A DNA stretch of 64,000 nucleotides. Source: Antedon mediterranea (taxonomy: Eukaryota; Animalia; Echinodermata). Shown piece by piece: positions 1 through 12,399 of the stretch. A program made the translations under genes and the position numbers. Each line of letters starts with the position of its first letter. The stretch's first letter is position 1. Under the pieces are notes generated by a model, which saw only the letters and a list, made by a program, of their open reading frames with translations, ran no database searches and had not been told where the DNA came from. The DNA lies in assembly GCF_964355755.1 (NCBI RefSeq), contig NC_092673.1, positions 24,983,648-25,047,647 of the forward strand. Direction: 5' to 3'.

Positions 1-3000
1 CCTCCTTAGTCGTCCAGTATAAGTTAGTGTAGGACCGCTGGTCTTGTTTATTCAGCCCTCATCTTTTAAATCTGAGTGTAACTCAATTACGATTTTTAAT
101 ATTATAGTGAAATTTGATACTGTATTTGTGAGAAAATGGAGGATTGTTCCTGGGAGTCACTTGGTGGGATTATACTAGGGTACTTCCTTAGTCGTCCAGT
201 ATAAGTTAGAGTAGGACCGCTGGCCCTGTTTACTCAGCCCTCATCTTTTAAATCTGAGTGTAACTCAATTACGATCTTTAATATTATAGTGAATTTTGAT
301 ACTGTATTTGTGAGAAAATGGAGGATTGTTCCTGGGAGTCACTAGGTGGGATTATACTAGGGGACCTCGTTAATCGTCCAGTATAAGTTAGAGTAGGACC
401 GCTGGTTCCGTTTACTCAGCCCTCATCTTTTAAATCTGAGTGTAACTCAATTACAATTTTTTATATAGTGAAATTTGATACTGTATTTGTGAGAAAATGG
501 CGGATTGCTCCTGGGAGTCACTTGGTGGGATTATACTAGGGTACATCCTTAGTCGAACAGTATAAGTTAGAGTAGGACCGCTGGTCCTTTTTACTCAGCC
601 CTCATTTTTTAAATCTGAGTGTAACTCAATTACGATCTTTAATATTATAGTGAAATTTGATACTGTATTTGTGAGAAAATGGCGGATTGCTCCTGGGAAT
701 CACTAGGTGGGATTATACTAGGGTACCTCCTTAGTCGTCCAGTATAAGTTAGAGTAGGACCACTGGTCCTTTTTACTCAGCCCTCATCTTTTAAATCTGA
801 GTGTAACTCAATTACGATTTTTAATGTTATAGTGAAATTTGATACTGTATTTGTGAGAAAATGGCGGATTGCTCCTGGGAGTCACTTGGTCGGATTATAC
901 TAGGGTACCTCCTTAGTCGTCCAGTATAAGTTAGAGTAGGACCACTGGTCCTGTTTACTCAGCCCTCATCTTTTAAATCTGAGTGTAACTCAATTACGAT
1001 TTTTAATATTATAGTGAAATTTGATACTGTATTTGTGAGAAAATGGCGGATTGCTCCTGGGAGTCACTTGGTGGGATTATACTTGAGTACCTCCTTAGTC
1101 GTCCAGTATAAGTTAGAGTAGGACCGCTGGCCCTGTTTACTCAGCCCTCATCTTTTAAATCTGAGTGTAACTCAATTACGATCTTTAATATTATAGTGAA
1201 ATTTGATACTGTATTTGTGAGAAAATGGCGGATTGCTCCTAGGAGTCACTTGGTGGGATTATACTAGGGGACCTCCTTAATCGTCCAGTATAAGTTAGAG
1301 TAGGACCGCTGGTCCCGTTTAATCAGACCTCATCTTTTAAGTCTGAGTGTAACTCAATTACGATTTTTTATATACTGAATTTTGATACTGTATTTGTGAG
1401 AAAATGGCGGATTGCTCCTGGGAGTCACTTGGTGGGATTATACTAGGGTACCTCCTTAGTCGTCCAGTATAAGTTAGAGTAGGACCACTGGTCTTGTTTA
1501 CTCAGCCCTCATCTTTTAAATCTGAGTGTAACTCAATTACGATTTTTTATATAGTGAAATTTGATACTGTATTTGTGAGAAAATGGCGGATTGCTCCTGG
1601 GAGTCACTTGGTGAGATTATACTAGGGTACCTCCTTAGTCGTCCAGTATAAGTTAGAGTAGGACCGCTGGTCCTGTTTACTCAGCCCTCATCTTTTTAAA
1701 TCTGAGTGTAACTCAATTACGATTTTAAATATTATAGTGAAATTTGGTACTGTATTTGTGAGAAAATGGCGGATTGCTCATGGGAGTCACTTGGTGGGAT
1801 TATACTAGGGTACCTCCTTAGTCGTCCAGTATAAGTTAGAGTAGGACCACTGGTCTTGTTTATTCAGCCCTCATCTTTTAAATCTGAGTGTAACTCAATT
1901 ACGATTTTTAATATTATAGTGAAATTTGATAATACTGTATTTGTGAGAAAATGGCGGATTGCTCCTGGGAGTCACTTGGTGGGATTATACTAGGGTACAT
2001 CCTTAGTCGTCCAGTATAAGTTAGGGTCGGACCACTGGTCCCGTTTACTCAGCTTTCATCTTTTAAATCTGAGTGTAACTCAATTACGATTTTTAATATT
2101 ATAGTGAAATTTGATACTGTATTTGTGAGAAAATGGCGGATTGCTCCTGGGAGTCACTTGGTGGGATTATACTAGGGTACCTCCTTAGTCGTCCAGTATA
2201 AGTTAGAGTAGGACCACTCGTCCTGTTTACTCAGCCCTCATCTTTTAAATCTGAGTGTAACTCAATTACGATCTTTAATATTATAGTGAAATTTGATACT
2301 GTATTTGTGAGAAAATTGCGGATTGCTCCTAGGAGTCACTTGGTGGGATTATACTAGGGGACCTCCTTAATCGTCCAGTATAAGTTAGAGTAGGACCGCT
2401 GGTCCCGTTTAATCAGACCTCATCTTTTAAGTCTGAGTGTAACTCAATTACGATTTTTTATATACTGAATTTTGATACTGTATTTGTGAGAAAATGGCGG
2501 ATTGCTCCTGGGAGTCACTTGGTGGGATTATACTAGGGTACCTCCTTAGTCGTCCAGTATAAGTTAGAGTAGGACCACTGGTCTTGTTTACTCAGCCCTC
2601 ATCTTTTAAATCTGAGTGTAACTCAATTACGATTTTTTATATAGTGAAATTTGATACTATATTTGTGAGAAAATGGCGGATTGCTCCTGGGAGTCACTTG
2701 GTGAGATTATACTAGGGTACCTCCTTAGTCGTCCAGTATAAGTTAGAGTAGGACCGCTGGTCCTGTTTACTCAGCCCTCATCTTTTTAAATCTGAGTGTA
2801 ACTCAATTACGATTTTAAATATTATAGTGAAATTTGGTACTGTATTTGTGAGAAAATGGCGGATTGCTCATGGGAGTCATTTGGTGGGATTATACTAGGG
2901 TACCTCCTTAGTCGTCCAGTATAAGTTAGAGTAGGACCACTGGTCTTGTTTATTCAGCCCTCATCTTTTAAATCTGAGTGTAACTCAATTACGATTTTTA

Positions 3001-6000
3001 ATATTATAGTGAAATTTGATAATACTGTATTTGTGAGAAAATGGCGGATTGCTCCTGGGAGTCACTTGGTGGGATTATACTAGGGTACATCCTTAGTCGT
3101 CCAGTATAAGTTAGGGTCGGACCACTGGTCCCGTTTACTCAGCTTTCATCTTTTAAATCTGAGTGTAACTCAATTACGATTTTTAATATTATAGTGAAAT
3201 TTGATACTGTATTTGTGAGAAAATGGCGGATTGCTCCTGGGAGTCACTTGGTGGGATTATACTAGGGTACCTCCTTAGTCGTCCAGTATAAGTTAGAGTA
3301 GGACCACTCGTCCTGTTTACTCAGCCCTCATCTTTTAAATCTGAGTGTAACTCAATTACGATTTTTAATATTATAGTGAAATTTGATACTGTATTTGTGA
3401 GAAAATGGAGGATTGCTCCTGGGAGTCACTTGGTGGGATTATACTAGGGTACTTCCTTTGTCGTCCAGTATAAGTTAGAGTAGGACCGCTGGCCCTGTTT
3501 ACTCAGCCCTCATCTTTTAAATCTGAGTGTAACTCAATTACGATCTTTAATATTATAGTGAAATTTGATACTGTATTTGTGAGAAAATGGCGGATTGCTC
3601 CTGGGAGACACTTGGTGGGATTATACTAGGGTACCTCTTTAGTCGTCCAGTATAAGTTATGGTGGGACCACTGGTCCCGTTTACTCAGCCCTCATCTTTT
3701 AAATCTGAGTGTAACTCAATTACGATTTTTTATATTATAGTGAAATTTGATACTGTATTTGTGAGAAAATGGGGGATTGCTCCTGGGAGTCACTTGGTCG
3801 GATTATACTAGGGTACCTCCTTAGTTGTCCAGTATAAGTTAGAGTAGGACCACTGGTCCTGTTTACTCAGCCCTCATCTTTTAAATCTGAGTGTAACTCA
3901 ATTACGATTTTTAATATTATAGTGAAATTTGATACTGTATTTGTGAGAAAATGGCGGATTGCTCCTGGGAGTCACTTGGTGGGATTATACTTGGGTACCT
4001 CCTTAGTCGTCCAGTATAAGTTAGAGTAGGACCGCTGGCCCTGTTTACTCAGCCCTCATCTTTTAAATCTGAGTGTAACTCAATTACGATCTTTAATATT
4101 ATAGTGAAATTTGATACTGTATTTGTGAGAAAATGGCGGATTGCTCCTGGGAGTCACTTGGTGGGATTATACTAGGGGACCTCCTTAATCGTCCAGTATA
4201 AGTTAGAGTAGGACCACTGGTCCTGTTTACTCAGCCCTCATCTTTTTAAATCTGAGTGTAACTCAATTACGATTTTAAATATTATAGTGAAATTTGATAC
4301 TGTATTTGTGAGAAAATGGCGGATTGCTCCTGGGAGTCACTTGGTGGGATTATACTAGGGTACCTCCTTAGTCGTCCAGTATAAGTTAGAGTAGGACCAC
4401 TGGTCTTGTTTACTCAGCCCTCATCTTTTAAATCTGAGTGTAACTCAATTACGATTTTTAATATTATAGTGAAATTTGATACTGTATTTGTGAGAAAATG
4501 GCGGATTGCTCCTGGGAGTCACTTGGTGGAATTATACTTGAGTACCTCCTTAGTCGTCCAGTATAAGTTAGAGTAGGACCGCTGGCCCTGTTTACTCAGC
4601 CCTCATCTTTTAAATCTGAGTGTAACTAAATTAAGATTTATAATATTATAGTGAAATTTGATATTGTATTTGTGAGAAAATGGCGGATTGCTCCTGGGAT
4701 TCACTTGGTGGGATTATACTAGGGGACCGCCTTAATCGTCCAGTATAAGTTAGAGTAGGACCACTGGTCCCGTTTACTCAGCCCTCATCTTTGAAATCTG
4801 AGTGTAACTCAATTACTATTCTTAAAATTATAGTGAAATTTGATACTGTATTTGTGAGAAAATGGCGGATTGCTCCTGGGAGTCACTTTGTGGGATTATA
4901 CTAGGGTACCTCCATAGTTGTCCAGTATAAGTTAGAGTGTGACCATTGGTCCCGTTTACTCAGCCCTCATCTTTTAAATCTGAGTGTAACTCAATTACGA
5001 TCTTTAATATTATAGTGAAATTTGATACTGTATTTGTGAGAAAATGGCGGATTGCTCCTGGGAGACACTTGGTGGGATTATACTAGGGTACCTCTTTAGT
5101 CGTCCAGTATAAGTTATGGTGGGACCACTGGTCCCGTTTACTCAGCCCTCATCTTTTAAATCTGAGTGTAACTCAATTACGATTTTTTATATTATAGTGA
5201 AATTTGATACTGTATTTGTGAGAAAATGGGGGATTGCTCCTGGGAGTCACTTGGTCGGATTATACTAGGGTACCTCCTTAGTTGTCCAGTATAAGTTAGA
5301 GTAGGACCACTGGTCCTGTTTACTCAGCCCTCATCTTTTAAATCTGAGTGTAACTCAATTACGATTTTTAATATTATAGTGAAATTTGATACTGTATTTG
5401 TGAGAAAATGGCGGATTGCTCCTGGGAGTCACTTGGTGGGATTATACTTGGGTACCTCCTTAGTCGTCCAGTATAAGTTAGAGTAGGACCGCTGGCCCTG
5501 TTTCTCAGCCCTCATCTTTTAAATCTGAGTGTAACTCAATTACGATCTTTAATATTATAGTGAAATTTGATACTGTATTTGTGAGAAAATGGCGGATTGC
5601 TCCTGGGAGTCACTTGGTGGGATTATACTAGGGGACCTCCTTAATCGTCCAGTATAAGTTAGAGTAGGACCACTGGTCCTGTTTACTCAGCCCTCATCTT
5701 TTTAAATCTGAGTGTAACTCAATTACGATTTTAAATATTATAGTGAAATTTGATACTGTATTTGTGAGAAAATGGCGGATTGCTCCTGGGAGTCACTTGG
5801 TCGGATTATACTAGGGTACCTCCTTAGCCGTCCAGTATAAGTTAGAGTAGGACCACTGGTCTTGTTTACTCAGCCCTCATCTTTTAAATCTGAGTGTAAC
5901 TCAATTACGATTTTTAATATTATAGTGAAATTTGATACTGTATTTGTGAGAAAATGGCGGATTGCTCCTGGGAGTCACTTGGTGGAATTATACTTGAGTA

Positions 6001-6780
6001 CCTCCTTAGTCGTCCAGTATAAGTTATAGTAGGACCGCTGGCCCTGTTTACTCAGCCCTCATCTTTTAAATCTGAGTGTAACTAAATTAAGATTTATAAT
6101 ATTATAGTGAAATTTGATATTGTATTTGTGAGAAAATGGCGGATTGCTCCTGGGATTCACTTGGTGGGATTATACTAGGGGACCGCCTTAATCGTCCAGT
6201 ATAAGTTAGAGTAGGACCACTGGTCCCGTTTACTCAGCCCTCATCTTTGAAATCTGAGTGTAACTCAATTACTATTCTTAAAATTATAGTGAAATTTGAT
6301 ACTGTATTTGTGAGAAAATGGCGGATTGCTCCTGGGAGTCACTTTGTGGGATTATACTAGGGTACCTCCATAGTCGTCCAGTATAAGTTAGAGTGTGACC
6401 ATTGGTCCCGTTTACTCAGCCCTCATCTTTTAAATCTGAGTGTAACTCAATTACGATTTGTTATATAGTGAAATTTGATACTGTATTTGTGAGAAAATGG
6501 CGGATTGCTCCTGGGAGTAACTTGGTGGGATTATACTAGGGTACCTCCTTAGTCGTCCAGTATAAGTTAGGGTGTGACCACTGGTCCCGTTTACTCAGCC
6601 CTCATCTAATAAATCTGAGTGTAACTCAATTACGATCTTTAATATTATAGTGAAATTTGATACTGTATTTTTGAGAAAATGGCGGATTGCTCCTGGGAGT
6701 CACTTGGTGGGATTATACTAGGGGACCTCCTTAATTGTCTAGTATAAGTTAGAGTAAGACCGCTGGTCCCGTTTACTCAG
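1..6780 (+). repeat. Satellite array, ~182-bp monomer (179-185 variants), ~37 copies, forward arm; runs off the window start
   Basis: GTCCAGTATAAG recurs at 12, 194, ... (period 182). Diagnostic variants repeat at 1090 bp (6-mer; GATAATACTG near 1928 and 3018) and ~1457 bp (8-mer; GGGAGACAC near 3603 and 5060). Confidence 0.97.
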
Positions 6781-9700
6781 GAGCAATCCGCCATTTTCTC
6801 ACAAATACAGTATCAAATTTCACTATATAAAAAATCGTAATTGAGTTACACTAAGATTTAAAAGATGAGGGCTGAGTAAACGGGACCAGCGGTCCCACCC
6901 AAACTTACACTGGACGACTAAGGAGGTCCCCTAGTATAATCCCACCATGTGACTCCCAGGAGCAATCCGCCATTTTCTCACAAATACAGTATCAAATTTC
7001 ACGATAATATTAAAGATCGTAATTGAGTTACACTCAGATTTAAAAGATGAGGGCTGAGTAAACAGGACCAGTGGTCCTACTCTAACTTATACTGGACGAC
7101 TAAGAAGGTACCCTAGTATAATCCCACCAAGTGACTCCCAGGATCAATCCGCCATTTTCTCACAAATACAGTATCAAATTTCACTATAATATTAAAAATC
7201 GTAATTGAGTTACACTCAAATTTAAAAGATGAGGGCTGAGTAAACGGGACCAGTGGTCCCACCCTAACTTATACTGAACGACTAAGGAGGTACCCTAGTA
7301 TAATCCAACCAAGTGACTCCCAGGAGCAATCCGCCATTTTCTCACAAATACAGTATCAAATTTCACTATAATATTAAAAATCGTAATTGAGTTACACTCA
7401 GATTTAAAAGATGATTGCTGAGTAAACAAAACCAGCGGTCCTACCTTCACTTATACTGGATATCTAAGGAAGTACCCTAGTATAATCCCACCGAGAGTGA
7501 CTTCCAGGAGCAATCCGCCGTTTTCTCACAAATACAGTACCAAATTTCACTATAATATTAAAAATCGTAATTGAGTTACACTCAGAATTAAAAGATCTCC
7601 TGGGAGTCACTTGGTGGGATTATACTAGGGGACCTCCTTAATTGTCCAGTATAAGTTAGAGTAGGACCGCTGGTCCCGTTTACTCAGGAGCAATCCGCCA
7701 TTTTCTCACAAATACAGTATCAAATTTCACTATATAAAAAATCGTAATTGAGTTACACTAAGATTTAAAAGATGAGGGCTGAGTAAACGGGACCAGCGGT
7801 CCCACCCAAACTTACACTGGACGACTAAGGAGTTCCCCTAGTATAATCCCACCATGTGACTCCCAGGAGCAATCCGCCATTTTCTCACAAATACAGTATC
7901 AAATTTCACGATAATATTAAAGATCGTAATTGAGTTACACTCAGATTTAAAAGATGAGGGCTGAGTAAACAGGACCAGTGGTCCTACTCTAACTTATACT
8001 GGACGACTAAGAAGGTACCCTAGTATAATCCCACCAAGTGACTCCCAGGAGCAATCCGCCATTTTCTCACAAATACAGTATCAAATTTCACTATAATATT
8101 AAAAATCGTAATTGAGTTACACTCAAATTTAAAAGATGAGGGCTGAGTAAACGGGACCAGTGGTCCCACCCTAACTTATACTGAACGACTAAGGAGGTAC
8201 CCTAGTATAATCCCACCAAGTGACTCCCAGGAGCAATCCGCCATTTTCTCACAAATACAGTATTAAATTTCACTATAATATTAAAAATCGTAATTGAGTT
8301 ACACTCAGATTAAAAAGATGATTGCTGAGTAAACAAAACCAGCGGTCCTACCTTCACTTATACTGGATATCTATGGAAGTACCCTAGTATAATCCCACCG
8401 AGTGACTTCCAGGAGCAATCCGCCGTTTTCTCACAAATACAGTACCAAATTTCACTATAATATTAAAAATCGTAATTGAGTTACACTCAGATTTAAAAGA
8501 TCTCCTGGGAGTCACTTGGTGGGATTATACTAGGGGACCTCCTTAATTGTCCAGTATAAGTTAGAGTAGGACCGCTGGTCCCGTTTACTCAGGAGCAATC
8601 CGCCATTTTCTCACAAATACAGTATCAAATTTCACTATATAAAAAATCGTAATTGAGTTACACTAAGATTTAAAAGATGATGGCTGAGTAAACGGGACCA
8701 GCGGTCCCACCCTAACTTATACTGGACGACTAAGGAGGTCCCCTAGTATAATCCCACCAAGTGACTCCCAGGAGCAATCCGCCATTTTCTCACAAATACA
8801 GTATCAAATTTCACGATAATATTAAAGATCGTAATTGAGTTACACTCAGATTTAAAAGATGAGGGCTGAATAAACAAGACCAGTGTTCCTACTCTAACTT
8901 ATACTGGAAAACTAAGGAGGTACCCTAGTATAATCCCACCAAGTGACTCCCAGGAGCAATCCGCCATTTTCTCACAAATACAGTATCAAATTTCACTATA
9001 ATATTAAAAATCGTAATTGAGTTACACTCAGATTTAAAAGATGAGGGCTGAGTAAACGGGACCAGTGGTCCCATCCTAACTTATAATGGACGACTAAGGA
9101 GGTACCCTAGTATAATCCCACCAAGTGACTCCCAGGAGCAATCCGCCATTTTCTCACAAATACAGTATCAACTTTCACTATAATATTAAAAATCGTAATT
9201 GAGTTACACTCAGATTTAAAAGATCTCCTGGGAGTCACTTGGTGGGATTATACTAGGGGACCTCCTTAATTGTCCAGTATAAGTTAGAGTAGGACCGCTG
9301 GTCCCGTTTACTCAGGAGCAATCCGCCATTTTCTCAAAAATACAGTATCAAATTTCACTATAATATTAAAGATCGTAATTGAGTTACACTCAGATTTAAA
9401 AGTTGAGGGCTGAGTAAACAGGACAAGTGGTCCTACTCTAACTTATACTGGACGACTAAGGAGGTACCCTAGTATAATCCCACCAAGTGACTCCCAGGAG
9501 CAATCCGCCATTTTCTCACAAATACAGTATCAAATTTCACTATAATATTAAAAATTGTAATTGAGTTACACTCAGATTTAAAAGATGAGGGCTGAGTAAA
9601 CGGGACCAGTGGTCCCCTCCTAACTTATACTGGACGACTAAGGAGGTACCCTAGTATAATCCCACCAAGTGACTCCCAGGAGCAATCCGCCATTTTCTCA

Positions 9701-12066
9701 TAAATACAGTATCAAATTTCACTATAATACAAAAAATCGTAATTGAGTTACACTCAGATTTAAAAGATGAGGGCTGAGTAAACATAACCAGCGGTCCTAC
9801 TCTCACTTATACTGGACAACTAAGGAGGTACCCTAGTATAATCCCACCAAGTGACTTCCAGGAGCAATCCGCCGTTTTCTCACAAATACAGTATCAAATT
9901 TCACTATAATATTAAAAAATCGTAATTGAGTTACACTCAGATTTAAAAGATGAGGGCTGAGTAAACAAGACCAGCGGTCCTACTCTAACTTATACTAGAC
10001 AACTAAGGAGGTACCCTAGTATAATCCCACCGAGTGACTTCCAGGAGCAATCCGCCGTTTTCTCACAAATACAGTACCAAATTTCACTATAATATTTAAA
10101 ATCGTAATTGAGTTACACTCAGATTTAAAAGATGAGGTCTGAGTAAACAGGACCAGCGGTCCTACTCTAACTTATACTGGACGACTAAGGAGGTACCCTA
10201 GTATAATCCCACCAAGTGACTCCCAGGAGCAATCCGCCATTTTCTCACAAATACAGTATCAAATTTCACTATATAAAAAATCGTAATTGAGTTACACTCA
10301 GATTTAAAAGATGAGGGCTGAGTAAACAGGACCAGCGGTCCTACTCTAACTTATACTGGACGATTAAGGAGGTCCCCTAGTATAATCCCACCACGTGACT
10401 CCCAGGAGCAATCCGCCATTTTCTCACAAATACAGTATCAAATTTCACTATAATATTAAAGATCGTAATTGAGTTACACTCAGATTTAAAAGATGAGGGC
10501 TGAGTAAACAGGACCAATGGTTCTACTCTAACTTATATTGGATGACTAAGGAGGTACCCTAGTATAATCCCACCAAGTGACTCCGAGGAGCAATCCGCCA
10601 TTTTCTCACAAATACAGTATCAAATTTTACTATAATATTAAAAATCGTAATTGAGTTACACTCAGATTTAAAAGTTGAGGGCTGAGTAAACGGGACAAGT
10701 GGTCCCACCCTAACTTATACTGGACGACTAAGGAGGTACCCTAGTATAATCCCACCAATTGACTCCCAGGAGCAATCCGCCATTTTCTCACAAATACAGT
10801 ATCAAATTTCACTATAATATTAAAAATCGTAATTGAGTTACACTCAGATTTAAAAGATGAGGGCTGAGTAAACAAGACCAGCGGTCCTACTCTAACTTAT
10901 ACTGGACGACTAAGGAGGTACCCTAGTATAATAATCCCACCAAGTGACTCCCAGGAGCAATCCGCCATTTTCTCACAAATACAGTATCAAATTTCACTAT
11001 ATAAAAAATTGTAATTGAGTTACACTCAGATTTAAAAGATGAGGGCTGAGTAAACGGGACCAGCGGTCCTACTCTAACTTATACTGGACGATTAAGGAGG
11101 TCCATTAGTATAATCCCACCAAGTGAATCCCAGGAGCAATCCGCCATTTTCTCACAAATACAGTATCAAATTTCACTATAATATTAAAAATCGTAATTGA
11201 GTTACACTCAGATTTAAAAGATGAGGGCTGAGTAAACAGGGCCAGCGGTCCTACTCTAACTTATACTGGACGACTAAGGAGGTACCCAAGTATAATCCCA
11301 CCAAGTGACTCCCAGGAGCAATCTTCCATTTTCTCACAAATACAGTATCAAATTTCACTATAATATTAAAAATCGTAATTGAGTTACACTCAGATTTAAA
11401 AGATGAGGGCTGAGTAAACAGGACCAGTGGTCCTACTCTAACTTATACTGGACGACTAAGGAGGTACTCTAGTATAATCCCACCAAGTGACTCCCAGGAG
11501 CAATCCGCCATTTTCTCACAAATACAGTATCAAATTTCACTATAATATTAAAAATCGTAATTGAGTTACACTCAGATTTAAAAGATGAGGGCTGAGTAAA
11601 CAGGACCAGTGGTCCTACTCTAACTTATACTGGACGACTAAGGAGGTACCCTGGTATAATCCCACCAAGTGACTCCCAGGAGCAATCCGCCATTTTCTCA
11701 CAAATACAGTATCAAATTTCACTATATAAAAAATCGTAATTGAGTTACACTCAGATTTAAAAGATGAGGGCTGAGTAAACGGGACTAGTGGTCCCACCCT
11801 AACTTATACTGGACGACTAAGGAGGTACCCTAGTATAATCTCACCAAGTGACTCCCAGGAGCAATCCGCCATTTTCTCACAAATACAATATCAAATTTCA
11901 CTATGATATTAAAAATCGTAATTGAGTTACACTCAGATTTAAAAGATGAGGGCTAAGTAAACAGGACCAGCGGTCCTACTCTAACTTATACTGGACGACT
12001 AAGGAGGTACCCTAGTATAATCCCACCAAGTGACTCCCAGGAGCAATCCGCCATTTTCTCACAAAT
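6781..12066 (-). repeat. Same ~182-bp satellite in inverted orientation, ~29 copies, with three 91-bp forward-oriented inserts (7597-7687, 8502-8592, 9225-9315)
   Basis: From 6781 the sequence is the reverse complement of the monomer (GAGCAATCCGCCATTTTCTCACAAATACAG...). The array ends at ...CACAAATA ~12066. Confidence 0.97.
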
Positions 12067-12137
12067 ATTGAATTTCTAATACTATAAAAACCTTAAGCAA
12101 TACTGAAAATGTAAAAAAATACACAAACGGCGTTTCA

Positions 12138-12220
12138 TAGTTATTGTCGGCTGGAAAAAATAAAAGTGGGCTGGCTTATTGTCGGCTGGCTTATTGTCGG
12201 CTAGCTTGACACAAGCTCTC
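12138..12220. mobile_element. Putative right terminus of a MULE/foldback-type element (15-bp subterminal repeats GGCTTATTGTCGGCT)
   Basis: TTATTGTCGGCT occurs three times within ~65 bp just after the satellite ends, the same style as the 15-bp subterminal repeats of the element at 38039-38812. The partner end is not in the window. Confidence 0.4.
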
Positions 12221-12266
12221 TCGAGTCAGGAAAAAAGTAAATAATAAAGGACGTCCCCTATAGTTA

Positions 12267-12313
12267 GTTGTTATAGAAACGTAAATACGCTGGCTTGGTT
12301 TCGCTATGACAAC
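12267..12313 (+). promoter_or_regulatory. RFX X-box (GTTGTTATAGAAAC), adjacent forkhead-like GTAAATA and a second degenerate X-box upstream of the C6orf163-like gene
   Basis: 12267-12280 fits GTHNYY-AT-RRNAAC; GTAAATA at 12281; TTCGCTATGACAAC at 12300; ~120 bp before the ATG. Confidence 0.55.
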
Positions 12314-12399
12314 AGTTACACATCAGTGATTCTGTTGTGTTTTCTCACTAAAAAGAAAGTGTGGCGCATGTTTTTATCGTCCTGAACAGTTATTGAAAA

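Noticed and set aside
1-12066. CRISPR-like array, or coding ORF 11615-11797 in the 182-bp repeat
   Set aside because: Whole monomers repeat with no unique spacers, there are no cas genes, the context is eukaryotic, and the ORF is a chance read-through where one stop is mutated.
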